DNA of 63,683 nt, counting the filler, from Octopus bimaculoides (Eukaryota), in NCBI RefSeq assembly GCF_001194135.2. It is 5 parts of 5 records of this genome, joined end to end, with 100 filler letters (N's around TTAATTAATTAA, not from the genome) between each part and the next. Parts side by side here need not be neighbours in the genome. Positions count along the whole stretch, not along the records: positions 21,728 to 38,156 come from NC_068999.1; positions 38,257 to 55,621 come from NC_068982.1; 3 more parts are not named here. One strand, written 5' to 3'. Shown here in pieces: positions 23,790 to 38,296 of this stretch. A model generated the notes under the pieces. The model was not told where the DNA came from and searched no databases. It worked only from the letters and a program-made list of their open reading frames with translations. The stretch's first letter is position 1. The number at the start of each line of letters is the position of its first letter. Both the position numbers and the translations under genes were made by a program.

Positions 23790-24238
23790 NNNNNNNNNNN
23801 NNNNNNNNNNNNNNNNNNNNNNNNNNNNNNNNNNNNNNNNNNNNNNNNNNNNNNNNNNNNNNNNNNNNNNNNNNNNNNNNNNNNNNNNNNNNNNNNNNNN
23901 NNNNNNNNNNNNNNNNNNNNNNNNNNNNNNNNNNNNNNNNNNNNNNNNNNNNNNNNNNNNNNNNNNNNNNNNNNNNNNNNNNNNNNNNNNNNNNNNNNNN
24001 NNNNNNNNNNNNNNNNNNNNNNNNNNNNNNNNNNNNNNNNNNNNNNNNNNNNNNNNNNNNNNNNNNNNNNNNNNNNNNNNNNNNNNNNNNNNNNNNNNNN
24101 NNNNNNNNNNNNNNNNNNNNNNNNNNNNNNNNNNNNNNNNNNNNNNNNNNNNNNNNNNNNNNNNNNNNNNNNNNNNNNNNNNNNNNNNNNNNNNNNNNNN
24201 NNNNNNNNNNNNNNNNNNNNNNNNNNNNNNNNNNNNNN

Positions 24239-24273
<35 letters not shown>

Positions 24274-25395
24274 ACATACACACACGCATATATATTATAA
24301 ACACACCCCCACACACACATTCACCATGAACTTAATACACAAGTTCGGATAGAGTTCTGTATAATTATTAAATAATAAAGGCCGTTTTCATATACAATAT
24401 TAGTATTTAGCTTGTCAATAATAATTTATTATTTAATTGAAAAACAATCTATTATTTCTGATAATACAATATTACTGTAATATTCCCTGATTGATATTTA
24501 TATCGCATACATATAATAACACAGTTTATATTCTCTTCACACTTTCACTACTTAACACCAGTTATATAAATACCTCTTTTACTGGTTATTATTAAGATGA
24601 ACGGGTCTTCTTAAAACGAAGTGATTCAGGCGATGTAGTCATTGGTAAGCAAACAGTTGAACTGCTGAGGCTGGAACGACTTTGTTCATACATTTGCTCG
24701 GTTAGTTAACCATAACAACGTGTCAGATGAGATGAGGTTGGTAATCTATGAGATCACAAAGCCTCGACATTGTTGGTTCCTTATATTTTGTCACAACAAT
24801 TACTTACCTGGACACGGATAAGACGGCTGTACGCTTAAATGTCTCCGTCAATCAATCCAGCTGTAAAAGGTTGTTGCTTAGTATGCTTGTAGAAAGTTTT
24901 ACTATCAGAGCTGTTTTGTCATATTTTATAGTAATGCAATAGCACTTCCTACCTACTTCTATTCTTCAAAAGGTTAACGGAACTAGAAAGGAGCAAAGTG
25001 CTGAGGAGAAAGACAAGAAGCCGTGGGAAAGACAGTGAGCTGAGTGAGACAGCGAGAGAGAGAGACAGTGAGAGATAGAGAGAGAGAGACAGACTGACAG
25101 ACAGACGTATGGAATATATGTACAAAGATTTATTTAGTCTTTTATCGTATATTTGATTGGAGTTTTGTTGAGGCACTGCCTTCATGGGTGTTGCGTAGCA
25201 TATCAACCCCAGTAATTATTTTTAAGTTGTATAAGTATAAGCACAGCCTGACATACACTCCAACACACCCGCAGAAATAAGTGTGTGCGGGTGTGTGTGC
25301 GTTTGTGAGCGTGTATGTGTACGTGTGTGAATGTACGTGGGGGGAAGGTTATGCGAATGTATACATCACGCGGAATTATGCATATATATTACAGA

Positions 25396-25457
<62 letters not shown>

Positions 25458-27834
25458 TATATATATATATATATAATTATTAGCGACTCAAGCAGTATTA
25501 ATACTAAAATGCAATCTTTACAGCCAACTTAACATAGATGCACTGTTAAGGCAACGAATACCGCGTTATTTATCTTGATATAATTTCTCATAGCGGTCCA
25601 TTGTGTGCAAAAGTACACATATTTATATCGCTGGCCGATGAGAATCGTCTACTACAGTCGCCGGAATTACCAGGTCATGTAATTTCGACGTGCCCCATCT
25701 CTCTCCGTCTCTTGAATAGCAAACTCCGGTAGTGGCATCCAGCTAAACCTCACTATCAGCGATATGTGGAATTTCAGTTGTCATTCAGGCACTGATGTCG
25801 CAAATAGCCAACAGGATCTTTGAGTCTAAAGTAGAAGACACTATAGATCCTATGCCTACGCCTACCTTACTCATATGTTTTTTAGATTCCTGAAATTAAA
25901 AAGTTAACTACTTCAATTTTCCTTTAGGTTTGAGCATGCGTATCAATCTAATGAACTTTTTTTTCATTGAATATATAAATATAATCATTGAATAGAGTGT
26001 CTTAATATTTGCTGGAGCTTTACCAGCCTAGTTATACAGTAGCAAAATAATATTCTTGGGAGATTATATCCTCGATTTCGTCTCCTTGTTACTTGCTTAC
26101 TTTTTGCCATAAAGTGAAAAATTATTGAATAGCAACTTTCAAGCTAAAGAAGAGTAGAAATGTATACAAGAACAATACTACTCAGAGATATTGTTTCCTA
26201 AGATTGCATATTCAGTATTATCTATGTGTACGCTTATACCATCAAAAGTATCAAATGTTTCAAGCAAAATACAACTTGAAAAGAAATTACATAGTTCATG
26301 TTTCTCTAGAAACTTTCAACCATCTCACAATTTTCAAAATAACCATGGACTTTCCACGTGCACTGCTTGTCCTATTTATCGCTACTAGTTTTCTATCCAA
26401 CTGACCAGCTGTTAGCGTTGAGACGTTTGAAATGTCACACGTTCTTAACAAAAAATATGCTTTGTGTTTTACCTTATTGGAAGGGATGTCGGGAGGAATT
26501 GATTGTTAGACTTACTGAATGAATGTATAGAAAGCGACATTTTTCAGCGACAGATATACATGATTAATAATCGAACTTCTTAAACCAGCGACCATATCCA
26601 AATACGGCTATCTAAGAGCTCTGCACTGCAATGCTACTTGCACGCTGACAAGATGTTTGAAATTGTTCACATAAAGTTTCTTTTGTTAATTTTGTTAACT
26701 TTGCAAGTAACGAGGAAATCATTAAAGCAGAAAGTAGATCATAATTCTTCACTATTGTAAATGTATTTTGAGAAAACCATTTGATAGTGTTAATGTATGA
26801 ATGCCGTGAGGAAAAGAAATAGATTTAATGCTGTAAACTGACTTCTGAATTACTAAATTGAAAAGCTGAATAGTTTCAACGTACAAATAAGTAAAAATAT
26901 AAATTACTTCGCAAACAAATAATTATATCCTGGAAAACTTCCACAGAATCACATGTTTCTTAACGAAATGTCGACACCGCTTAACCACCAAGGACTATGA
27001 AACACTACAGTACACAGACATCGAAGTGAGAAATTATATAATAATGAGCAAAAAGGGTCAGGTAAAATGTGATATTTCCTGACACTCGCTTGAAACAATG
27101 GTTACTGCGAAAACAGTCATAATTGGTTTCTCACAGAAACTCGAATCCTAATAAAAATTTTAGTGGAGAATTCTTTAGCCGAAATCCTTTACTTCCAAAA
27201 GATAATAAATATTTCTATCATAGACACAAATTATTTATAACACGAGAGGAATATTTATTGTCATTTGGAAGTTAAGGATATAAAACAAAGAGTTTTCCCA
27301 CAAACATATAGCAGGATTCATGCTTAAATGAAAACCAATTATGGCAGTTTTTACAGCAAGCATCGATTCAGTGAGTGCCATAAAACACATTATGTCTAAC
27401 CCATTTTCCCTACAATCTTGTAAGTAACTTCACACTTCAATGTCTCTGGATTACAGCGTTTTTCTGACTCTGCTGAAAGATGACTTGTTCGAAAATTTTA
27501 AAGGAGAATATTGCTTAACAAAAGCAGATTACAGTATTTCTGATAGTTATAAGAAAGAAACGGAAAGTGACTTCGAAGTAGAAATGATGAAAAACAAACG
27601 CTCTCCTCTTCTTTCACCATTTTTGTTTTCTCACCACATGAGAGCAGCAAACAGATCATAAGATCTGGTCTCACCATATCTGAGTAAATTGTAGAAATGC
27701 TGTGAATGGCAACACGTCACCAGGTCAAGTTACCACGTGTTCTGTAGTGTTTTACATGCATAAAAAAAACAGACAGAGGTTGAAAAATGGAGTTAGTATA
27801 CTGAGTCTATTGTAGTAAGGACGCAACAGAGCCG

Positions 27835-28170
27835 AATGTTTAAAAAGCTTGTTTCGCAATAAAGAGCCACCAGTTCGATCCTGCTACAATGCATCTTGGG
27901 AAACTATCATCTAGAATTGCTTCAGGTTCATCCAACCCTTGGAAGCGAAACTGAATACATTGAAACTTTGCAGAAACCTGTCGGAATTATTGTATCCATA
28001 ATTTAAAGATGCAGCTTTGTCACGTATGTTATCAGTTTGATTGAATTAATTATACACGTGTTTGTCATTTACTCGCTATTTCATTAAGCATGTAATTCAG
28101 CTGATGGAACAGCTGATAATTCAGTTGATGGAACAGCTGAATTTCCATGGTCGAAACCAATGAAAAATCC
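27835..28170 (+). mobile_element. Old tRNA-derived SINE (family C, similar to 56090-56410)
   Basis: B-box-like AGTTCGATCC and a tail TAATTCAGTTGA.GGAACA.CTGAA shared with 56360-56390. Confidence 0.45.
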
Positions 28171-28516
28171 ATTTCGTTTACTTTTACTTCATTTACAGAA
28201 CTAGGGTAGTATAGCATTGTGTTTAAACAATTGTACTATGAAACAAGTCAATTCGCTCACCATGCTGCGCTGGGGAAAAATTTACACAATTCATTTGCTT
28301 ATGCAATATGTTGCATGAACACTACTAATGATAACTAATGAGTGAAATTTATTAATACTCTTAAGTATAAATTATGAAATTTTAAATTAGGTCTTTAATT
28401 ATTTCGCAAACATGCAATTTTAATCATAAAATGTGTAACCATGCAACTAACCCTAACTCGCTAAAATTACTAATCTTGTGCCAAATTTTGAAGCGGTTAT
28501 TATTACTATTAATTTC

Positions 28517-28745
28517 AAAACGGTGAGCTGGCAGAAACATTAGCGTGCTGGACGGAATGTTAGCAGTATTTTGCCCGTCGCTACGTTCTGAGTTCAAATT
28601 CCGACGAGGTCGACTTTGCTTTTCATCCTTTCAGGGTCGGTAAATTAAGTACCAGTTGCGTACTAGGGCTCGACGTAATCGACTTAACTCCCACCCCACC
28701 AAATTTCAGGCCTTGTGTCTATAGTAGAAAGAATCATTACTATTA
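28517..28745 (+). mobile_element. tRNA-derived SINE family A, full length
   Basis: GAGCTGGCAGAAAC, GAGTTCAAATTCC, GAGGTCGACTTTGCTTTTCATCCTTT and the usual tail. Confidence 0.92.
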
Positions 28746-29400
28746 TCTTAGTACAATTTATTGTGATATTATTATCAGGTCGGTAAGGGTGGCACAGATG
28801 GTAACGCGCCGAGCAATAATTAGCTTCATTGATTAATGACCGAGTTCAAATCTCTCCTGTCAGTTTCGGAATTATACCTCTGCTTGGCTGAAAATATTTA
28901 CTATATTCAGATCAACAGACCACAACTGCTACAGCACATCGTGTGTGTGTGTGTGTGTGTGTGTAGTTGCAAAGTAGATTATGCAATAGAAATTCGTATA
29001 GGCTCACGGGGTCATCAGCTGACAGGAGCACGCCAAAATCTAAGCTTCAGAGAGGCCTAGACGGCAAGAACAGAAAATTTCGTATAGGGTGTAAAATGGA
29101 GTGAGACAGAGAGAGAGAGAGAGAGGTGGGGAGGTAGAGATATTAACATAATACGAGTGTGTGTGTGTGTGTGCGCGAGCGTGCGCGCGTGTGTATGCTA
29201 CTGCATATTGACCAGCGCCATACAGAACTTGCGACTAGATAACAGCTTATAGTGTCTTTCTTTTGCATTATTTCTTTGTGTTTCCTATGCTTTTTCTTTT
29301 CAGTTCTATGCTTTTTCTTTTCAGTTCGTGAACTTATCCCTTCTTGTATTATTTAGAAAATGTTTGTTATTTATCCTATATGCATAGATGGACGACAGGT

Positions 29401-29442
<42 letters not shown>

Positions 29443-29520
29443 ATTCTAGCTAGCTAAATAAATAGATGGATAGAAACAGACAGAGAGGAGGAGGGACAGA
29501 ATTACTTTTCATTTTTATGT

Positions 29521-29526
29521 ATGTAC

Positions 29527-29596
<70 letters not shown>
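29521..29596. repeat. (TA)n microsatellite
   Basis: Directly visible. Many other (TA)n/(CA)n tracts flank the gaps. Confidence 0.97.
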
Positions 29597-29600
<4 letters not shown>

Positions 29601-30757
29601 AAGAATAACTCCACGGAGTGGGGAGCGGGGCAATGTTTCTGATACTGCTGCTCAATCCGCAGAGGGTACGGCATTTGTCCATATGTTTGCATTTTCTGAG
29701 AATTTCGGAGGTGTAATTCACTAGAGTGATGGAATACGTGTATATGAATGTTTGTATGTTTATATGTGCGTGTATATACATGACTGTATATATTTACAGT
29801 CTGACGCAGTTTCTCTTTTCTTTATTCTCATTCACAGCCCAGCGTAGCACTGGTAAAAATAACACTGCATACTTGCCTTGCGTACACGAACACGTGATGT
29901 TGGTTTCATTTTGTGGGTCTGGAATACAAGTTCCGTCATTTTGACAAAGATTATTGTAGCATGGGTTGTACGTCTCGCAGTATTTCCCTTCAAAACCAGG
30001 ACAGCACTGGCAGATGTAGGTTAACTGAAAATGAAGTAGATAAGTAGATATAAATATCTGTATGTGTGATTGTATGTGCGTATATTTGAAACACTTGTGT
30101 GACTATAACTAGAAACTACTATGAAAGAATTGGACTGACGTTAAAACACCGACAATTTATATTTAGTTGCTGCATAGATAGGTTACAAACACTAATGCGT
30201 TTCCATCGATTTTACGATCATGTCAAACGAATTACTTGGAAATATCGTAAGATTGAAAGGTATTGCAGCTCATAAAGAGTACTTGAGTGTTACCCTACAT
30301 ACGGCAAACAACTTTGGAGCTATACTTTTGACACTATAGGTAAAAGCATGAAAAGTGCCATACATACAATAATTATCAAATTATCAAATGCTATCAAATG
30401 TCATAGTGCTTATTCAAAATGATGAAACAGCATAATAATTCTCAGAAGGAAAAAAATTATTGCCATAACGTGTAATTTAACAAATTTCTCGTTTATATAC
30501 CACCTCACGTAACTACTCCATCATTTACTGTCTTTATTCTTATTATCTATGATTCTTTCTCACTCTCTCCAAGTGTGTGTAGCATTCCTTTACGCATTGG
30601 CTGCCACGAAACCTAGTTTGTGCAGACATCCTTTATCGCTACTTTTATCGCTCTTAATATCCCGGTTTTATTATTCCTCCTACCTTTATATGATGTAAAG
30701 AATTACGGAAGAATTAACCAATGGTTAATTAACCAATCATAATAAATATATACATAT

Positions 30758-30826
<69 letters not shown>

Positions 30827-31083
30827 NNNNNNNNNNNNNNNNNNNNNNNNNNNNNNNNNNNNNNNNNNNNNNNNNNNNNNNNNNNNNNNNNNNNNNNNNN
30901 NNNNNNNNNNNNNNNNNNNNNNNNNNNNNNNNNNNNNNNNNNNNNNNNNNNNNNNNNNNNNNNNNNNNNNNNNNNNNNNNNNNNNNNNNNNNNNNNNNNN
31001 NNNNNNNNNNNNNNNNNNNNNNNNNNNNNNNNNNNNNNNNNNNNNNNNNNNNNNNNNNNNNNNNNNNNNNNNNNNNNNNNNNN

Positions 31084-31118
<35 letters not shown>

Positions 31119-31152
31119 AAACACACACACATACACACACACACACACACAT

Positions 31153-31183
<31 letters not shown>

Positions 31184-31703
31184 TACACACACACATATAT
31201 ATTATGCAAGCTAAAATGCGAATGAGTGCTTAGCAGTGCGTTTATGAATTCTATATTTCTGATGTAACAAGGCTACCAATGATTTCACGTCCAGAGATCT
31301 TCGCGATTCTTCAATCATGCCATGTGGATGGGATTACCCGAGGTCGCATGAAGTTACACAATTCGTAAGAGGCAACCTTTAAGAATATCCCTTAATGGTA
31401 ACCTATAAGAATATATCTAAATTGCATTAGCTCGGGGTTATTCCAAGAAATTGCGTTCACCATATATGAGTTACTTCCTTATTCATGTACGGTCGCACAC
31501 GTTCATATTTATAAGTATGCACACACACTCACACTGATATATATATATATATAAACGTTGACCACTAAAGTGGACATTTTATGTGCTAGAAATAGACCAC
31601 ATCTTGTGTCTACTAAGACCTAAATTTTTCTCAAAACGAAATTCAGCGGAATACCAAAGCGTAAGCGGGCAAGACATTGAACATTACCGATATACATATA
31701 TAT

Positions 31704-31770
<67 letters not shown>

Positions 31771-32089
31771 TAAATGTAAAAAAGATACATATATAAGAAG
31801 GCGCATATCTACACACAGGCATACATACATATATACATACATACACATACAAACATACACAGACAATGCACTCACATACACACATACAAACATACACGCA
31901 CATACATAAACACATACACACACATATATATAATCGCACACAAACACCTGAATTATGCGTTTTCCTCATGTTTGAGAATGCGAATGTATTTATCTATGAT
32001 GTTACATAGATTTTTTAATCCAAACTTGGTGGATAGGATTGTAAGTTCATAAGTTCATAGATATGTTTTTCCTGTGTTATGTGATGTCA

Positions 32090-32760
32090 TGAATATGCTC
32101 TGTGCACATAAAACTGAGTGGTTATGGTATGTAGCACAAGTTTATGGGAGTATGCGCTTGATGCATTATGTACATATAAAGCACATTCGTGCAATATCCA
32201 AAAACTCACCCAGGTTGGTGGGTGTGGAACAGTGTAAGGATGAGGTCAAATTTGAAAGTTCTATGTATGAATTATTTCTTGTGCTCGCACGGAGAGAAGG
32301 CTTCCTCTCTAATATTTAGGCTCCCTCCCTAATCTATGATTACACGATATTTGGTGAGTGTTCCTCCTGTACTAATTCTCATTGTGATCAAATATCACCG
32401 ATCCTATATTCGGGAGGCAAGAATAAATAACGTTGACAGTATTTTCATTGGAGATCTTGCGGAATTTATGGGAGTTTGAGAAGTGGGTATCTAAGAGTTC
32501 CAGAACTTTTTTAAGTATATCCGTAGCCACATTCATGTGGTATAGAGGATTATACCATAGTATTTTCCTCTGTACGTGTCCTTTTGCCTATCTACGTTTT
32601 ATTCAACATAGGTTATACTTTTCTTAAAAGTCCACCTGTAGTGTTGTAATATGCTCATAAGTTAACTCCGTTCACCTGTGTGTTTATTTCAAAATCCCGT
32701 TCAGACTCGTGCATACATGCGTTTTCTTATCGAAACTGGAAACGAGTACCAAAACTTATA
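32090..32760 (-). mobile_element. Decayed PLE (same type as 1790-3043)
   Basis: 32580-32372 translates RKILWYNPLYHMNVATDILKKVLELLDTHFSNSHKFRKISNENTVNVIYSCLPNIGSVIFDHN, then SCNHR (resembling CNCR). GIY-YIG tail remnants lie downstream. Confidence 0.78.
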
Positions 32761-32809
32761 TGTGCCACACTTGCACAATTGCGAAGACCTCTCCATGAAA
32801 CCATTGTTC

Positions 32810-33046
32810 GAGGACGTAAACACACCAACAGCGGTCATCAAGAGGTGAAGGGGGACAAAGAAAGACAGAAACACAAACACATACATGCGACGGTCTTCTT
32901 TCAGTTTCCGTCTACCAAATCAACCCGGAAGGATTTGGTTGGCCTGAGACTATAGTGGAAGGCTCTTGCTCAAGGTGCCAACAGTTTGGCGGAACCCGAA
33001 ACCATGTAGTTGAAAAGCAAGCTTCTTACAAGACCACGTGTGCGCC
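32810..33046 (-). mobile_element. tRNA-derived SINE family B (5' portion)
   Basis: CTTTCAGTTTCCGTCTACCAAAT, CAAGGTGCCA and AAGCAAGCTTCTTAC; the first motif is shared with 49389-49732. Confidence 0.85.
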
Positions 33047-33048
33047 TA

Positions 33049-33095
<47 letters not shown>

Positions 33096-33579
33096 TCATC
33101 ATCGTCATCATCATAATCATCATCATCATCCTCATCGTCAACTTCATCACTATTGTTATTGTTGTTGATGTTGCTCTTGTTTCTGTCATTGTTGTTTGTG
33201 TTGTTGTTGATGATGATGTTGTTAAATTAATTAAGGTATGTATCATCCAATCGTTGTTTCCAAAATAATTGAAAACAACTGAATAATTGAAATATAGACT
33301 ACAAATACTTTTTCTTTAAAACTAATATCTTACATATTATAACGAGATTTGCTGCTCAAATGCAATTTATCGGGAAATGTTTGGAGCGGGGTAGCAGGTT
33401 TAAATAAGCAAGTTGTTATTTTAAATTATATATACAGATATAAACAGACATATACACGGACACACATAGACACATGTATATATTTACACACACACACACA
33501 CTCACACTCACACATATATACATATATTTCCGTGTATATATATCTGTGTCTGCATGTATGTATATATATAACGTCTTGT

Positions 33580-34250
33580 GTATGATTCTAAGCTACATCC
33601 AGTCATGGGACACTGTTTCGGTTGTTCCAGTGTTATGTGGAATATGGATCCACCTTTTGGTCCCTATTGTTATCAGATTTATTCTGATGCGGAGAAATAC
33701 CAACTGTAAGAGTCCAGGGCTATGGGGTAACTAGCATATGTGATGACAATTCATCTAAGCACGGGTATTCAGAAATACTCGTGGTTGATGTCAGGGTAGG
33801 CCGTAAAACCACCGGGAGTGTGAAACCCCTAGTAGTTTTTATGGCATCCTTCCAATGAGAGGTTTGTCTGCCTTCCTACTTATTAAGACTTTGGTTTCTA
33901 GCTAGGTTGACTCTAAAGCCGTTCGATTCTAATCCTTGCTTCCACACCAGAAACTTCTCCTCTAGTTCTGATAGTGACTCAGCAATTAGAGCAAGGTCAT
34001 CAGTATAGAGGAGCTCCCAGGGACATCCTGTCTTGAATTCCTGTGTTATTGGCTGGAGTACTATGATAAATGGGAGGGTGTTGAGGACTGAACCTTAGTG
34101 GACCCCTATTCCCACCCGGAATTCTTCACTGTACTTGTTGCCAACCCTCACCTTACTGATGGCGTCCCTGTACATGGCTTGCACATTCATCTATTCCTAA
34201 TTTCCTCATTGACCACCAGAAACGTACTGTTTCACCTGATTGCTGTCCAT
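33580..34250 (-). mobile_element. RTE-clade LINE RT fragment
   Basis: MYRDAISKVRVG, GSVL..LPFIIVL, GCPWELLYTDDLALIAES and WKQGLESNGFRVN. Confidence 0.9.
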
Positions 34251-34818
34251 CTCCCTTCGGCCCATCTCCAAATACTAATCACAGACACACAGGGACTAGT
34301 AACCGTGTAGTACAAGCGTTCGTTACTATAATCCACTGATGTCCCTTCATGGTAACCTCTTTTTGTCACTCTATCAACTGAAAGTGTTATGGCGATGGAA
34401 GAGTGTCGACGTGTGCAGAGCTGTTGGAAGCGCGCAGCGAGTTACAACTTTCACCTGCCTTCCACGCCTCAAACTATGCAGTTCTGCAACGGGTAAGAAT
34501 AGTTACCTGAGAGGTCATGGATGGAAAGGTAGAAATCACATTCACAACTAAGCACAAAGACACGACAATCATCTGTGTCCGTGCGTGTGTGTGTGCGTGT
34601 GTGTGTGTTTGCACGTGTGTGCGCGCGTGTGTGTATATAAATACATATAAATACATATAAATACATATATATACATATAGTCATATATATATATGTGTGT
34701 GTGTGTGTGTATGTGTGTGTATGTGTGTGTATGTACATATATGTATGTATATCTGGATATATATTACGCACACACACTCACACACACACATATGCGGAAA
34801 CAGTCATATACATACATG

Positions 34819-34853
<35 letters not shown>

Positions 34854-35644
34854 NNNNNNNNNNNNNNNNNNNNNNNNNNNNNNNNNNNNNNNNNNNNNNN
34901 NNNNNNNNNNNNNNNNNNNNNNNNNNNNNNNNNNNNNNNNNNNNNNNNNNNNNNNNNNNNNNNNNNNNNNNNNNNNNNNNNNNNNNNNNNNNNNNNNNNN
35001 TATATATACATACATATACATATTTAGAGGTATGTGGTCAGGCGGAGATGTAATGCAGATTAAATCGCATGCGAGCTTTACTAAGCACATATTTATCTCA
35101 TAGAAAGATATTGATCTGATCAGTTGAGGCCTTTTTAAAGCTTCAAAGACACATCACTTATTCTTGGTCACAGACAATACTAACTTACTGTTGTTTTGTG
35201 CATAAACACACTGGCAATGATCTAATTTAATTCCTATAAACTCTATAACAATACCATTCTCTGAATCATATAAAATCACTATGGATAACCTGACTAGGAA
35301 CGGGTAGCCAATTTCTGAGGAAAGTAACAACGGCTGAAACTGATCAGATTAGTTGTTTTACTGGGCATGGGTAAGAAAAGAAACAAGGATTTCTATAACT
35401 ACGTTGTTCAGTCTTTCATAGCGTTATTCGTTGAGTATTGAAAATTACAGACAGGTAAATTTGCCTTATATTTACTACTTGTTCCAGCAATGCTTTGTGA
35501 TATTATCAATATGTGTATAGGTATTGGTATGTGTATGTGTGTGTGCGTGTGTCTGTGCCTGTGTGTCTGTGTGTATTAGTGCATATATTTGTGTGTGCGT
35601 GTGTGCTTGTTTCTGTGTCTGTCTCTCTGTGTGTATTGATATAT

Positions 35645-35690
<46 letters not shown>

Positions 35691-36195
35691 GCTTGTTTAT
35701 GTTTGTGTGTGCGTGTGTACATGTGTGTATCTAAATATCTAAGTACATGTTTATGATATATCGCTATATCTATGTGTGTGTGCCTGTGTGTCTGTGTCTA
35801 TATGTGTGTGTGTCTGTGTGTGTATGTATGCATGTATACACGTGAATCATATATTCATATAAATCAAATATTAATGTCTGAAGAAGTGAATGAACTCCAA
35901 ATTTGTTGCATAAAATTACAGAATTTGAATATAATATGATATAAAAGGCCTTCGTTTACGTATATAACATTGATTTGTCTTCTCGTTTCTTCCATTAAAA
36001 ATTTATTATTAACTCTATGAGGATTATAAAATTCTTATTTGATATCCACTTTTTAGATTAGCAGAGTGCTCCTTTAATAATTACTGGCAGTATAATCAAT
36101 CATCAAAGATGTAAACCACTGTTTGAACACTATGCTAACCAGGTTCTGGCATAAGCAACCGCTAAGTTGATCACCTGGATTTTACTTATCCAGTC

Positions 36196-36400
36196 AAGAA
36201 TCATTACCACACCAGATAAAATTCTTAGCCGCATATCAGTCTCTACGTTCTGCGCTCAAACTCCGTCGAATTCGACTTTTGCCCTTTATACTTTTTAGGT
36301 CGATAAAATAAGTACTAGTAGAACAGCACTGGGGTCGGCTTGTCCCTTCCCACAAAATCCCAGGCGTTTTACCTGTAGTAGAAAGGATTATTATTTTTTA
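36196..36400 (+). mobile_element. tRNA-derived SINE family A (diverged)
   Basis: GTCGATAAAATAAGTACT core and the tail GTAGTAGAAAGGATTATT. Confidence 0.8.
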
Positions 36401-36419
36401 TTATTGTTGTTGCTGTTGC

Positions 36420-37625
36420 TATCTCTTTATCACAGGTTTTGCTGGAGCTCCTGGATTCTTCGCATGCGTAGCGGGCTTACTACCTGCAGCCTACGGTTCC
36501 ATGCTATTCGTTCTTTTCAGTTATCTAATACTTGCCTTATTATTCTGGCTGTGCCAAGGAGGCAAACCTTTTGTAACAGTTCTACTGGGTATTCTATCCC
36601 AATTTCTTTTATATTCCTCTTGGTGTCTTCTGGTACTGTTCCCAAGGAGCCAACAATAATTGGCACTATCTTCAACTTCTTCCTTTTCCATAGCCGGGCT
36701 ATTTCATATTTAAGAGGGTTGTATGTATCTACCTTTTTGACTATTTGTAGGTCAAAGGTGCATGCAGCCTCAAGTATATAACATATGTGGTGCACCTTGT
36801 CCACCATCAATAGGTCTGGTCTGTTATGTCCTAGTACCTGATCTGTTTGGATTGGGAAATCCCACAGGATGTTCATAGTCTCCCATTCTGCCACTCTCTG
36901 CCATCTGTGCTCATACCACGTCTTGCCTCTCTCTAGCCCCCACTTTTAGCACAGTTTCCAATGTAGCGCTTTCGCTACCTTGTCGTGTTGCCACAACTTG
37001 TAGTGGTTTTGAGCAAGTCTATGACATTCGTTCGTGATATGGGCAATGGTTTCATCCACTCTATTGCAGATGCGACACAACGGAGATACTTGCTCATTCC
37101 TAAAGTTGACCCTCCAATACTTTGCCTAGCTTGGCCCTACGCTGCCAGTACAGTGCTCTCAGTCTCTTGTCTTAGTGTTCCATTCTTCAGCCAATTCCTC
37201 CAATTTTTTCCAGTAATTTCTGTTGTGGCTACATAGAACTGAATGTGTAGTCCCTTCTTGCGTAATTCTTCTTCATATCCTTTTTGTTACTTCTTCTTCT
37301 GCATGAATACTTCCTCGTTCCTAACTGTCACTAGCAAGGTTTCCTTACTTTAGGCTAGGTATTTCATTAAGCTCCCGAGTTCGATACGCACGAGGTCTTC
37401 CACACTTATCAGTCACCTTCCATCATTTGCTCTCTTCATGTATAGGCGATCAGTGTCTGTACGTCAATGATGGGCTCCATGCATCATTAGGAGTCTTTTT
37501 GACTGCTTGTCCATCTCCTTTAGCTCCTCCTCTGTCGACTTCAGGATTCCAGCGCCGTGCCGAACTACTGCGACTGTGTGCGAATTTATTGCTGATCTGC
37601 ATGCCAGACATGCAGTCAGATATTA
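36420..37625 (-). mobile_element. R4/Dong-like LINE 3' portion (post-RT, CCHC, RLE, 3' UTR)
   Basis: AINSHTVAVVRHGAGIL, DTDRLY, WLKNGTLRQETES, ETIAHITNEC...HDKVAKALHW, ILWDFPIQTD...NRPDL, IVPIIVGSLG...LLQKVCLLGTARIIRQVL*. Confidence 0.93.
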
Positions 37626-38114
37626 TTTCTAATGTTTCCTTTCCACAAACTAAATGACACAAGCGAGGTTGGAAGAAAGATATAAGAAAAACGGTTTATT
37701 AAAATGTTCTAACTTGTTCTGAACGGAAATTACAGCAATAATATAACAACCAGTTAATGATGTGGATTAACAAATATCTCTAGCATATGACTATAAACAA
37801 ATTACAGAATATCGCACGGCTGGCAAGCCGTTATGTTTAAGCAACATGTGGTTTGATTAAAACCGTTTCTAAAAATTCAGCTTGCTGGGGCGTTGTATGA
37901 GGTACTAAAGTTGTCAGGAACTCAACTGTCAGTTAAACACATTTAAATTTTGATTATTACACTGTGTATGAAAGTGCTAATTTAACTTTTTGAACATTAC
38001 AAAATATATTATTTTTCATGTTAGGCTACTATAATCAAAAACCTGAAAACTAGAACATGTTTTAAATTTATTCATATTCTATACACATTCACACAAATTC
38101 GCAAATCCGAAACA

Positions 38115-38156
<42 letters not shown>

Positions 38157-38256
38157 NNNNNNNNNNNNNNNNNNNNNNNNNNNNNNNNNNNNNNNNNNNN
38201 TTAATTAATTAANNNNNNNNNNNNNNNNNNNNNNNNNNNNNNNNNNNNNNNNNNNN
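38157..38256. other. Artificial scaffold join N44-TTAATTAATTAA-N44
   Basis: Same 100-bp layout as 21628-21727. Confidence 0.95.

Positions 38257-38296
<40 letters not shown>

Noticed and set aside
24802-24811. ACTTACCTGG, identical to the U1 snRNA 5' end or a perfect minus-strand donor
   Set aside because: No further U1 similarity, and the 53-nt candidate exon upstream of the donor has stops in all three frames.
28790-28860. tRNA-like A/B boxes (TGGCACAGATGG...GAGTTCAAATC)
   Set aside because: No convincing cloverleaf; most likely an isolated old SINE head.
29810-29944. Strong polypyrimidine acceptor followed by a short open frame
   Set aside because: No good donor and no recognisable peptide.
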